Origin: Polyangiales bacterium | Lineage (GTDB): Bacteria > Myxococcota_A > Polyangia > Polyangiales > Ga0077539 | NCBI GenBank assembly: GCA_044376155.1 | Contig: JBILLI010000001.1 | Span: forward strand, 1 to 51,879 | DNA: 51,879 bases | Direction of reading: 5' to 3' | In this document: one piece after another, positions 18,658 through 31,244 of the stretch | Layout of the letters: each line of letters begins with the position of its first letter | Position numbering within the stretch: position 1 is the stretch's first letter | Notes under the pieces: model-generated | Seen by the model: only the letters and a program-made list of their open reading frames with translations | What the model was told of the DNA's origin: nothing | The model's database searches: none | Program-made: the position numbers and the translations under genes

Positions 18658-21327
18658 TTACGCCTCGCCCTGCTTTTCTGCCACGCCCCGGGCCGCGAGG
18701 GCGGCCTGCGCGGCGGCGAGGCGCGCGACCGGGACGCGGGGCGGGGAGCAGCTCACGTAGTCGAGTCCGACCTTCGCGAAGAACGCGATGGAGCGGGGGT
18801 CGCCGCCGTGCTCGCCACACACCCCGATCTTGAGCCCGGGACGCGCCGCGCGCCCCCGCGTCACGGCCATCGCCACGAGCTGCCCGACGCCCGTGACGTC
18901 GATGGACTGAAAGGGGTCGTCGGGGAGGATCCCGTGGGCGAGGTAATGCGGGAGAAAGCCCGACACGTCGTCGCGGGAGATGCCCAGGGTCATCTGCGTG
19001 AGGTCGTTGGTGCCGAAGGAGAAGAACTCGGCCGAGCGCGCGATGGCGTCGGCGGTGAGGGCCGCGCGGGGCACCTCGATCATGGTGCCCACGAGGTGCG
19101 GCACGCGGATCCCCTCGGCCGCGAAGACCTCCTCGGCCACGCGGCGCACGACCGCGCACTGCGCGTCGAACTCGGCCACGTCACCCACCAGCGGGACCAT
19201 GACCTCGGGGTGCACCTCGACGCCCTCGCGCGCGACCGCGCACGCGGCCTCGAAGATCGCCCGGGCCTGCATCTCGGTGATCTCGGGGAAGGTGATCCCG
19301 AGGCGGCAGCCGCGGTGGCCGAGCATGGGGTTGCTCTCGGCGAGGGCGCGCACGCGGCGGCGCACGGCGCCTTCGTCAACACGGAGCACCCGCGCCATCT
19401 CCTCGACCTGCGCGTGCTCCTGCGGGAGGAACTCGTGCAGCGGCGGGTCGAGCAGACGGATGGTCACGGGGAGCCCGTGCATCGCGCGAAAGATCCCGGC
19501 GAAGTCCGCGCGCTGCAGCGGGAGGAGCCGGGAGAGGGCCTCGCGGCGCCCGGCCTCGTCGTGCGCGAGGATCATCTCGCGCATCACCCGCAGGCGGTCC
19601 TCTTCGAAGAACATGTGCTCGGTGCGGCAGAGCCCGATGCCCTCGGCGCCGAGGGCCCGCGCGCTCGCGGCGTCGCGGGGCGAGTCGGCGTTGGCGCGCA
19701 CCTTCATCGCGCGCACCTCGTCGACCCAGGCCATGAAGGTGCCGAAGTGCTCGCTCACCAGCGCGTCGGTGAGCACCTCGCGCCCGAGGATCACCTCCCC
19801 CGTGGTGCCGTTGAGGGAAATCCAGTCGCCCTCGCGCACCGTGGTCTTTTCGCTGGAGACGGTGCGCGCGCGGTAGTCCACCGCGAGGTCGCCGCAGCCC
19901 GCGACGCAGGGCTTGCCCCAGCCTCGGGCGACCACCGCGGCGTGCGAGGTCATCCCCCCGCGGGTGGTGAGAATGCCCTTCGCGGCGTGCATCCCCGCGA
20001 CGTCTTCGGGCGAGGTCTCGGCCCGCACCAGGATCACGGCCTCGCCGCGCGCGGCCCACGCCTCGGCGTCTTCGGCCGTGAACACCACCCGCCCCACGGC
20101 CGCGCCGGGCGACGCGTTGAGCCCCTTCGCCATCACCCTCCCCTCTTTGCGGTAGGACTTCTCATCCGCGAAGCCCGGGTGCAGCAGCTGGTCGAGGTGC
20201 GCGGGCTCCACGAGGTTGCGCACGGCGTCTTCGTGCGTGACGAGCCCCTCGCGCACGAGGTCCGCGGCGATGCGCACGGCCGCGGCGCCGGTGCGCTTGC
20301 CGTGCCGGGTCTGCAGCAGAAAGAAGCGCCCCTCCTGCACGGTGAACTCGATGTCTTGCACGTTGCGAAAGTGCGTCTCGAGCTGCGCGGCGAGGCGCAC
20401 CAGGGTGGCGTGGGCCTCGGGCATCTCCTGCGCGAGCGCGGCGATGGGCGACGGGGTGCGGGTGCCCGCGACGACGTCCTCGCCCTGCGCGTTTGCCAGG
20501 TACTCCCCGTAGAGCACCTTCTCGCCCGTCGAGGGGTTTCGGGTGAAGCACACGCCCGTGCCCGAGGTCGCGCCCATGTTCCCGAAGACCATGGCCTGCA
20601 CGTTCACCGCCGTGCCCTTGAGCCCGCGGATCTTCTGCACGTCGCGGTACTTCTTCGCGCGCTCGCTGTTCCACGAATGGAACACCGCCAGCACCGCCTC
20701 GCGGAGCTGCGCCCGGGGGTCTTCGGGCACGTTGTCGCAGCGCCCCACGGCGTCGTAGGGGACCTTGTAGTCCCGCACGAGCGCGCGGAGGTCGTCGACG
20801 TCGAGGTCGGCGTCGCGGGTCACCCCCCGGGCGTGTTTGCGGGCCTCGAGGAGGTGCTCGAAGTGCGCGCGCGGCACGCCCCGCACGACGTTGGCGAACA
20901 TCTCGATGAAGCGCCGGTAGGCGTCCCAGGCGAAGCGGGGGTTGTTCGTGCGCGCGGCGAGTCCCTCGGCCACGGCGTCGTTCATCCCGAGGTTGAGCAC
21001 CGTGTCCATCATCCCGGGCATCGACACGGCCGCGCCGCTGCGCACCGAGACCAACAACGGCGCCGCGGGGTCGCCGAAGCGCAGCCCCAGGGCGGCTTCG
21101 ACCTCGGCGAGCGCCGCGTCGACCTCGGCCCACACCGCCTCGGGGACGATCCCCCCCACGGCCAGCACCTCGGCGCAGACCTCGGTGGTGAGGGTGAAGC
21201 CCGGGGGCACGGGCAGCCCCGCGGCGGCCATCTCGGCGAGGTTCGCGCCCTTGCCGCCGAGGAGGTCCTTGAGCGCGGCGCGGCCGTCGGTGTGCGCTGC
21301 GCCGAAGCGATACACGGAGCGTTGCAT
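18658..21327 (-). CDS. ppdK: Pyruvate, phosphate dikinase
   Basis: MQRSVYRFG...LLGGKGANLAEM (ATP-grasp N-terminus), GGMTSHAAVVARGWGKPCV (phospho-His domain), FFSFGTNDLTQ and CGEHGGDP (PEP/pyruvate TIM domain). ATG at 21327 is preferred over the ORF start at 21435. Confidence 0.95.
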   Translation of the reverse strand: MQRSVYRFGAAHTDGRAALKDLLGGKGANLAEMAAAGLPVPPGFTLTTEVCAEVLAVGGIVPEAVWAEVDAALAEVEAALGLRFGDPAAPLLVSVRSGAAVSMPGMMDTVLNLGMNDAVAEGLAARTNNPRFAWDAYRRFIEMFANVVRGVPRAHFEHLLEARKHARGVTRDADLDVDDLRALVRDYKVPYDAVGRCDNVPEDPRAQLREAVLAVFHSWNSERAKKYRDVQKIRGLKGTAVNVQAMVFGNMGATSGTGVCFTRNPSTGEKVLYGEYLANAQGEDVVAGTRTPSPIAALAQEMPEAHATLVRLAAQLETHFRNVQDIEFTVQEGRFFLLQTRHGKRTGAAAVRIAADLVREGLVTHEDAVRNLVEPAHLDQLLHPGFADEKSYRKEGRVMAKGLNASPGAAVGRVVFTAEDAEAWAARGEAVILVRAETSPEDVAGMHAAKGILTTRGGMTSHAAVVARGWGKPCVAGCGDLAVDYRARTVSSEKTTVREGDWISLNGTTGEVILGREVLTDALVSEHFGTFMAWVDEVRAMKVRANADSPRDAASARALGAEGIGLCRTEHMFFEEDRLRVMREMILAHDEAGRREALSRLLPLQRADFAGIFRAMHGLPVTIRLLDPPLHEFLPQEHAQVEEMARVLRVDEGAVRRRVRALAESNPMLGHRGCRLGITFPEITEMQARAIFEAACAVAREGVEVHPEVMVPLVGDVAEFDAQCAVVRRVAEEVFAAEGIRVPHLVGTMIEVPRAALTADAIARSAEFFSFGTNDLTQMTLGISRDDVSGFLPHYLAHGILPDDPFQSIDVTGVGQLVAMAVTRGRAARPGLKIGVCGEHGGDPRSIAFFAKVGLDYVSCSPPRVPVARLAAAQAALAARGVAEKQGEA

Positions 21328-21452
21328 GGCGTGGATTTCTAGCCCCTCGGGGCGCCGCTTGACCAGCGCGGGAGAGCTCCAGGGGTGTGTTGTTTCACCC
21401 GGGCGTTCGCGTGACAGCCGTGGGCAAGGGTGCACACAATGTAGGCCTCGTC

Positions 21453-22088
21453 ATGAACCAACGGCTGCGATCGATGCTGGGCCCGCTCTTCGGGTTGGCG
21501 CTGGCGCTGTCGGCCTCTCCGGCCCGCGCCGTCGAGGGCGCGCCCGAGACCACGGTGACGGTGCACGTCGAGCCCGCGACGGAGGGCAACCTCTCCTTCG
21601 CGCGACGCGTCGAGGTGCGCGCGCGGGGCGCGGCGGCGCTGGTGCGTGAGACCGACAGCGACGCCGGGGTGATGCTCGCGCGCATGCAGCGGGTGTGGTC
21701 GCTTCCCGACGGCCGCGCGGTGGTGGCGGGCGAGGCGGTGTTGGGAGAGTCGACCCGCACGATGCAGGTGTGGCTCATCGCGGTGCGCGACGGGCGGGTG
21801 ACCCTGCTCGACGAGCTCACGCTCACCGTGGCGCGCTCGGCGCCGCTGGGCGGCGTGGTCGAGACGCGCGGGCGGGTGCGGGTGATGGTCCCGGCGCCGG
21901 CGATGGCGCGCGCGGAGATCGAGGAGTGGGAGCTGGTGGTGCACGAGCAGGAGGCCGACCGCGAGCGCCTGCGCTTTCGCCCGCTGCTGCACAGCCGCGA
22001 GGGCGTGCGCGCGGGGCGTCGCATCGCGTGGGTCGACGTCGACCTCACCCGCGACCGCTTCGTCACCCGCACGAGCCGCCGGCGCTGA
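21453..22088 (+). CDS. Hypothetical secreted protein
   Basis: ATG at 21453. Signal peptide MNQRLRSMLGPLFGLALALSASPARA. No recognisable domain. Confidence 0.65.
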   Translation: MNQRLRSMLGPLFGLALALSASPARAVEGAPETTVTVHVEPATEGNLSFARRVEVRARGAAALVRETDSDAGVMLARMQRVWSLPDGRAVVAGEAVLGESTRTMQVWLIAVRDGRVTLLDELTLTVARSAPLGGVVETRGRVRVMVPAPAMARAEIEEWELVVHEQEADRERLRFRPLLHSREGVRAGRRIAWVDVDLTRDRFVTRTSRRR

Positions 22089-23182
22089 GCACCGCCTCGA
22101 CGCCGCGGTCGATCTCGTCGTCGGTGGTGTAGGGCGCAGGGCCCACGCGCAGCAGCTCGCCGCGGTGGTCGACGAAGATCCCCCTGGCGCGCAGGGCGTC
22201 ACAACGCGCGGCCGCGTCGGCGAAGCGCACCGACACGAAGCCCCCGCGCGCGGCATCGGCGAGGGGCGTGCGCACGTCGGCGCCCGCCGCGAGGAGAAGG
22301 TCCATCACCCGTCGGGTCTGCGAGAGAGAGCGGGCGCGCAGGGCCTCGACGGTGAGACCTTGCGCGTCGAAGAACTCCGCCACGGCGCGGGCGCGGTAGT
22401 GGCTCGCGGGGTCGTACGTGGCGCCGGCGAAGCGATCGGCGCCGTCATCGCCGTAGACGGTGCGGCTGCGGTCGGGGTCGGTGATGTGCGCGAACTCGGC
22501 GAACCAGCCGGTGAGCACCGGGCGCAGCGCGCACCCCGCGGGCGCGACGAGGAAGCACACGCCCTCGCCGTACTGCGCGTACTTGTACCCGCCGCTGACG
22601 AGAAAGACCTCGGGGCCGAGGTCCGCGAGGCGCAGGGGCACGACGTTGAAGGCGTGGTAGGCGTCGACCACGAAGATCGCGCCGCGGGCGCGGCAATGCG
22701 CGGCGAGCTGCGCGAGGTGCGGCACCACCGACGCGGTCTCGAAGAGCACGGCCGACGCGAGCACCGCGCCGGTGTCGGGGCGCACGCGCAGGGCGAGGCG
22801 CTCGGCGAGGGTCTCAACGGGGTCGACCTCCACCACGTCGACCTCGACGCCCTCTTCTCGCAGGCGCCCGAGCTGCCGACGAATGGCGTGGAACTCTCCA
22901 CCCGTGGTCACCAGGTGCCCGCGGCGCCCCGCGGGGATGCACGAGAGCACCCGGGTCACGAGCTCGTGGGTGTTCTGCCCGAGGGCCACATCGCGCGCGC
23001 GGGCGCCCACGCGGGCGGCGATGGCACCGCGTACGGCGTCGGCGGCCTCGAAGGCGCACGACCACTTGTCGTCGACGTGCCGCGCAGCGTCGTCGAAGGA
23101 GCGCGTGAGGGCTTCGCGGGCGAGGTCGGGCCAGGCCTGGTGGGAGTGTCCCGTGAGCAGGATCCGGTCGTCGCGCAGGAAG

Positions 23183-24949
<1,767 letters not shown>

Positions 24950-25103
24950 GGGGTTATGGTTCCGGCAGCGGGCGGGCGGAGGCTCGACGCGCCCGGGGTC
25001 GGTGTCTTCTTTCTACGGCCCGGAGCGCCGAGGGCTTGAGCCGCGCGGCGCTGGGCGGTGGCGGCGAGGCGCGAGATGGAAGTATCGTCCGCCGCGGTCC
25101 ATC

Positions 25104-26303
<1,200 letters not shown>

Positions 26304-26458
26304 GGTCAGCCCATTCGCTGCGCGATCCCACCCGAGCATGACGTACCGCACGCGACGCCGAAGACGCACGCCCGAGGTCCCTTGCGTGCCGAAATCATTG
26401 CGCGGTACAGGAGAGTATCTTCGGAGCGAAGGGCAGGGTTCGCGCCCATGGTGTTGGC

Positions 26459-27871
26459 ATGAACGCGCGCTTCTCAACAGCGGCGGCTTCTGACGATTCT
26501 GATCTGATTTCCTCGATCGACGCGATGTATGGGCGTCTCGGCGGGACCTACTTCGAGATCCTTGGGGTGTCCCGCGGGTGCGACGCCACGGCGCTCCGCC
26601 GGGGCTACCGGCAGGTGTGCGAGCGCTTCCACCCCGACCTCTACGCGGGGATGGACCTCGGCGCCCGACGCCCGTTGTTGGACGTGATCCTTCGCGAAGC
26701 GACGAACGCCTTCATGGTGCTTTGCCGCCCCGAGCTCCGCGCGGAGTACGAACGCGAGCTCGCGCCCTCGGCCGAGCCCTACGGTGTCGCGACACCCCCG
26801 ACGCCCGCGACGGCCGTCGCACCGGTGGCGCAGTCGGTGATCGCGTTCGGTGATCGCCCGCCGGAGAGCCCCGCGCCCCCGCCGCCCGCACCGTCTCCGG
26901 CATCGTCGAGCAGCCCCTCCTCGCTGCGCGTGCCGACGCCGGTTCTTGGCGTGAGCACCGCGGAGCCGCTGTCGGTGGCCGAGCCTCCTTCGGCGCGTGC
27001 GCTCGCCGCCTCGAAGCTGAAGCGCACGCCGATGGCCGCGATGCACGCCCCGTTGACCCCGACGGCGCAGCGCCCCGACGCGCCGCCGCCGCCCCCCAAC
27101 GCCACGCGCGCGGAGGCGGCCCGTCCCGCGGCGAGCGACCCCGCGCAGGCGCCCGCGGAGCGACACACCTCGCGTCCCAGCGTCGGCGCCGCCGACGAGC
27201 GCCCCTCTTCGCGCCCGTCCCTCCACGCCGCGAGCGAGCGGCCCTCCTCCCGCCCCAGCATGCGCGCGGAGGCGGAGCGCCCCACCTCGCGCGATGTCGA
27301 CTCCACCACCGCCACGTCGCTCCAGCGAGGGCGCGCGGAGATGCTGCTCCGGCAGCGGCGGCAGATGCGAGAGGAGCTCGACGCGCAGGTCTCCGCGGCG
27401 ATCGCCCGCGGCGACACCGAGCGCGCGATGCAGACCCTGCGTCACGCGCTCACCCTCACCCCCGACGACGAGGCGCTCACCCGGCGGCTGCAGCAGCTCG
27501 ACGCGGCGGCGAAGTCCGACGACGTCGACCGCATCGTGCAGGCGGCGAAGGGTCACGAGCGCGCCGGCCGATGGGAGCTCGCGGCCCAGACCTGGTCACG
27601 CGCGGCGGCGCAGCACAGCCAGGAGTACAGCTATCACCTGTACGCGGCGCAGGCGTACTGCGAGTCGGGCAACGAGCTGCCGAAGGCCGTCGACCTCGCG
27701 CGACGCGCGGCGCGGCTGCGCCCCGACGCGGTCGAGCCCCACCTCTGCCTCGCGCGCGCGTTCTTTCGCGCCGGCAGCGTCGCGAGCGCGAAGGCCGCGC
27801 TGGAGCAGGCGACGAAGCTCGCGCCGCAGAACCCTGCCGTGATGGAGCTCGCGCGGCAGCTCCGCATCTGA
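26459..27871 (+). CDS. J-domain (DnaJ-like) protein with low-complexity repeat linker and C-terminal TPR region
   Basis: YFEILGVSRGCDATALRRGYRQVCERFHPDLY (HPD motif). Pro/Ala-rich linker with ERPSSRPS repeats. C-terminal TPR-like helices. Confidence 0.8.
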   Translation: MNARFSTAAASDDSDLISSIDAMYGRLGGTYFEILGVSRGCDATALRRGYRQVCERFHPDLYAGMDLGARRPLLDVILREATNAFMVLCRPELRAEYERELAPSAEPYGVATPPTPATAVAPVAQSVIAFGDRPPESPAPPPPAPSPASSSSPSSLRVPTPVLGVSTAEPLSVAEPPSARALAASKLKRTPMAAMHAPLTPTAQRPDAPPPPPNATRAEAARPAASDPAQAPAERHTSRPSVGAADERPSSRPSLHAASERPSSRPSMRAEAERPTSRDVDSTTATSLQRGRAEMLLRQRRQMREELDAQVSAAIARGDTERAMQTLRHALTLTPDDEALTRRLQQLDAAAKSDDVDRIVQAAKGHERAGRWELAAQTWSRAAAQHSQEYSYHLYAAQAYCESGNELPKAVDLARRAARLRPDAVEPHLCLARAFFRAGSVASAKAALEQATKLAPQNPAVMELARQLRI

Positions 27872-28075
27872 GCGCCTGTCGATCCGTCCCTCCCGTCGTC
27901 GGCCTCGCCGATCGACCTCGCGACGCGGCGTCGTGACGACCCACCGCGCAGGGCGTGCGGCGTCATCGTCGCCCGTTGCCTGGCTCGCCGACTCGGTCCG
28001 GCGACGGATCGACCGACGCGGAGCATGAAAGGAGGTTCCCGCGGCGGCGCTGGATGGTGTAGCCCATGAGGGGAC

Positions 28076-28456
28076 ATGTCCTCGACGCGCCTCGCCTCCC
28101 TCGCGCTCGCGACGCTCGCGCTCGCCGCGTGCGACCCCCCGGCACCGCCCACGCCCGCCCGCGCGAGCACGTCGGGCGCGGAGCAGGCCGTGACCGCGCC
28201 GACGCCCCAGGATCCCGAGTCGGTCCGCCGGGGGCGCACGCTCTTCGAGGCCGCCTGCGCGGGCTGCCACGAGGGCGACGAGCCTCGGGGCGGCCGGCTG
28301 ACCGACCTCCACCGCACCGGCGCGCAGGTCGTGCAGGCGCTCCACGCGGGATCTGAAGACGGCGGTCTCATGGCCGCGGTGGACCCCACGGCGCTGCGCG
28401 AAGAGGACCTCCCCGCGCTGCGGGCATACCTCCGCTCCATCGGCGCGGAGCGCTGA
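28076..28456 (+). CDS. c-type cytochrome lipoprotein
   Basis: Signal peptide plus lipobox LALAAC. Single heme motif CAGCH. 126 aa. Confidence 0.75.
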   Translation: MSSTRLASLALATLALAACDPPAPPTPARASTSGAEQAVTAPTPQDPESVRRGRTLFEAACAGCHEGDEPRGGRLTDLHRTGAQVVQALHAGSEDGGLMAAVDPTALREEDLPALRAYLRSIGAER

Positions 28457-28614
28457 CGCGACGGACATGTGAAGCGATTCCCCCGAGGCCTCGTCGGAGG
28501 GTCATCAGCGCGCCGCCGATGCGGGTCCCTTGCACCGATCGCGGCGGCGTTGTTCAACTGCGCGCGACGCGACCCCTTCGGGCGCGGCGAACGATCGTCG
28601 GAGGTACCTTCAGC

Positions 28615-29856
28615 ATGCTTCAAGGCGCACGTGTCTGGATCTGGGGACTGCTCGCCGCGCTCACCGTGAGCGCATCGGCGGAGGAGGCATCGGCGCAGCG
28701 CCGCAGCCGCGCGCGCTGCGTCGCACCGCAGCACGAGAGCGCGGACCACTGCTGCGACAACGGCGCCGAGTGGGTCGAGGCCCGCAACCGCTGCGTGTGC
28801 CTCGACGCGTCGCAGTGCGGCGACAACGCCTCGGCGCCGCCGCCCGCAGCGACCCCGCCGCCCGCGCCCCCTCCCCCTCCCCCCGTGGTGAGCACCCCGC
28901 CGCCCGCAGCGACCCCGCCGCCTGCAGCGACCCCGCCGCCCGCGTCGCCCGCGACGGGCGATGCGCTGCGCTGCCCCGACGGGATGGTGCTGGTGCAGCC
29001 GCGACCCTTCATGATGGGCGCGGTGGCGGGTCAGGGCGGCGCGACCTCCGCCGAGGGCCCGCCCCACCGCGTGACCCTCTCGCCGTACTGCATCGACCGC
29101 ACCGAGGTGACGGTCCGGCAGTACCGCGAGTGTGTGCAGTCGGGCGCGTGCACGGTGTACAGCACGGTGAACTTCCCTGGGCTCTCGGTGGCCGACGCGC
29201 AGTTCTTCAGCCAGTTCTGCAACGGCGCGCGCAACGACCGCGACCTTCACCCGATGAACTGTGTCGACCACGCGCAGGCCGCCGCCTACTGCCGCTCGCG
29301 CGGGGGCGCGCTGCCCACCGAGGCGCAGTGGGAGCTCGCGGCGCGAGGCCTCGAGCCCCGGCGGTACCCCTGGGACGACCGCGCGCCGGGCGGGCAGCTC
29401 GTGAACGGCTGCGACGCCGAGTGCCAGACCCTCATGGAGCGCCCCGGGCAGCCTCGCCGCCCGACGCTCATCGCAGGCTCCGATGGCTTCGGCGCGACCT
29501 CACCCGTGGGCACGTACGTGGGTGGCTTCTCGCCCTTCGGCCTCGCCGACGCGTCGGGCAACGTCGCCGAGTGGGTCTCGGACTGGTTCGGCGCCTACGT
29601 CGCCACGCCCGTCACCGACCCCGCGGGGCCCTCGTCGGGCTCCGAGCGCGTGATCCGCGGCGGTCACTGGTTCGCGAACACGGCCAACCAGTTCAGCACC
29701 ACCGCGCGCTCGCCGCTGGGCCCGTCGGTGCGCCTCGCCACCCTGGGTCTGCGCTGTTCGCACGCGCCCGAGGTCGCTCCCCCGCCTCCGCCGCCCCCGG
29801 TCGAGGAGCCCCCTCCCCCCGCCGAGGAGCCAGGCCGCCGCCGTCGGCGCCGCTGA
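28615..29856 (+). CDS. Formylglycine-generating enzyme (FGE/SUMF1) family protein, secreted, with Pro-rich linker
   Basis: ATG at 28615 with signal peptide. PPPAATPPPA-type linker. FGE-sulfatase blocks (IDRTEVTVRQY, HPMNCVDHAQAAAYCRSRGGALPTEAQWE, GNVAEWVSDWF, RVIRGGHW). Confidence 0.85.
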   Translation: MLQGARVWIWGLLAALTVSASAEEASAQRRSRARCVAPQHESADHCCDNGAEWVEARNRCVCLDASQCGDNASAPPPAATPPPAPPPPPPVVSTPPPAATPPPAATPPPASPATGDALRCPDGMVLVQPRPFMMGAVAGQGGATSAEGPPHRVTLSPYCIDRTEVTVRQYRECVQSGACTVYSTVNFPGLSVADAQFFSQFCNGARNDRDLHPMNCVDHAQAAAYCRSRGGALPTEAQWELAARGLEPRRYPWDDRAPGGQLVNGCDAECQTLMERPGQPRRPTLIAGSDGFGATSPVGTYVGGFSPFGLADASGNVAEWVSDWFGAYVATPVTDPAGPSSGSERVIRGGHWFANTANQFSTTARSPLGPSVRLATLGLRCSHAPEVAPPPPPPPVEEPPPPAEEPGRRRRRR

Positions 29857-29921
29857 CTCCCCACAGGGCCCGCGCGCAATCTGTTGGACCTGCGCGGCGG
29901 CGCGCGGCGAAGATACCTGCC

Positions 29922-30254
29922 ATGTCCCTCGCGCGTGTGCTCTGGGTCGCCCCGCTGATGCTGGGGTGCTTCTCGTCCGCTCACATCGTGCGGCGCATCG
30001 AGGCGCGTCGAACGCCGCGCACGGAGGCGTGCACGACCGTTCCGCTCTACTCCGACCGCGGCCCATCCACGGGGCGCGTCGCCATCGCGGTGGTCACCGC
30101 GGAGTGTCGCACGTCGAAGGAGGCCGAGTGCCGCACCCACCTCCAGCAGGCGGGTTGCGAGGCCGACGCCGACGCCGTGGTGGAGGTCACGCGGCGGTCG
30201 GCCGACGGGCACCTGCGCATGGTCGGCACGGCGGTGGAGTTCCTCGCGGAATGA
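29922..30254 (+). CDS. Small lipoprotein (110 aa)
   Basis: ATG at 29922. Lipobox PLMLGC. High GC3. No recognisable domain. Confidence 0.6.
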   Translation: MSLARVLWVAPLMLGCFSSAHIVRRIEARRTPRTEACTTVPLYSDRGPSTGRVAIAVVTAECRTSKEAECRTHLQQAGCEADADAVVEVTRRSADGHLRMVGTAVEFLAE

Positions 30255-30481
30255 CCCGCGCCGTCGCGCTGTGGCTCGCGCAATCACTCCTGGGCGCCGC
30301 GTTGGCGCTGGGGTGGTTCGCGGCCTCACGCCGGGCGAAGGTCCTGGGCGCTTCGCGGGCGGCGCGTTGGCTGTTCCCCTGGGCGGCGCTGTGGGCTGCG
30401 GGGCGCGTCGGGCTGCTCGTGGCCGAGGCGTCGGCGCTGGCCGGATACGTCGCCTGCGCGTGGCTCGCCCGCGCGTCGTGA
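30251..30481 (+). CDS. Small membrane protein (76 aa)
   Basis: ATG overlaps the upstream stop (ATGA at 30251-30254). Two or three hydrophobic helices. Confidence 0.5.
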   Translation: MTRAVALWLAQSLLGAALALGWFAASRRAKVLGASRAARWLFPWAALWAAGRVGLLVAEASALAGYVACAWLARAS

Positions 30482-30497
30482 GGCGTGTTACAGCTCA

Positions 30498-31244
30498 ATG
30501 ATCATGGCGAAGGTGCAGTCGCCCCAGCTCGGTTACAACACCAACGTCCGCCACAAGGGCAAGCTGTTCCACATCCAGACCGAAGACTCGGGGGTGGCGC
30601 GGCCGCACATCATCACGCACCTCTTCGTCGACGGCGGGCGGATCCTCAAGTCGGTGAAGTCGAGCTACGCCGACTCGCTCGAGGAGGCCGACCTCATCGC
30701 CTACATCCGTCGGCGCATGCAGGAGCAGCACAAGGCGATGTTCGTCGCGCTCCGCGACGGAGAGTTCGACGCGCTGCTCGAACCCGCGGAGGTCCCGCCC
30801 ATCGCGGAGCCCATCGAGCCCCGCATCACCGCCCCGCCGCCACCGCCCGTGGAGGCGCCGACGATGCGCTCCCTCGCGCCGCCGCCGCGCTCCACCCTGA
30901 GCCCCGCGGCCGGCACGCCCACGCCCGCCGCCCGCGTCACGTCGTCGCGCTCCACGGGTAGCCTTCGCGCGACCGGGGCGCGCACGGCCGACGTCGCGGT
31001 CGCCGCGCGGGAGGTCCCGGCGGTGCCGGGCTCGCTGCTGCCTCCGCGGCTGCCTGCGGTGGAGCGGCCCCCGTCGAACCCGCCGGTGTTCAGCAACTCG
31101 ATGCGCTACACGGCGCCGCGCGTTGCCCCGCCGTCGCTGGTGCCGCCGCCGCGAGAGCGCGCGGGCGTCACGGAGCGCGTGGTGCGTGAGTCTTCGCTCA
31201 ACGAGCTCATCCTTGCGATGCTCGCTGAAGAGGTCCCAGGGTGA
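30498..31244 (+). CDS. Hypothetical protein: roughly 100-aa folded N-terminal domain plus Pro/Ala-rich disordered tail
   Basis: MIMAKVQSPQLGYNTNVRHKGKLFHIQTEDSG...HIITHLFVDGGRILKS. Coding-like GC3. I cannot name a family. Confidence 0.7.
   Translation: MIMAKVQSPQLGYNTNVRHKGKLFHIQTEDSGVARPHIITHLFVDGGRILKSVKSSYADSLEEADLIAYIRRRMQEQHKAMFVALRDGEFDALLEPAEVPPIAEPIEPRITAPPPPPVEAPTMRSLAPPPRSTLSPAAGTPTPAARVTSSRSTGSLRATGARTADVAVAAREVPAVPGSLLPPRLPAVERPPSNPPVFSNSMRYTAPRVAPPSLVPPPRERAGVTERVVRESSLNELILAMLAEEVPG

Noticed and set aside
18331-21342. 1003-aa + strand ORF
   Set aside because: It is antisense to ppdK, which is unambiguous from its motifs.
21328-21435. Upstream extension of the ppdK ORF (MHPCPRLS...)
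   Set aside because: PPDK orthologues begin at the MQRSVYRFG-type N-terminus, and the extension has no conservation-like features.
28025-28069. 14-codon mini-ORF (MKGGSRGGAGWCSP) overlapping a strong AAAGGAGG
   Set aside because: The SD-like sequence lies inside the mini-ORF rather than upstream of it. No proper start sits 5-10 nt downstream of it. The ORF is too short to support without expression data.
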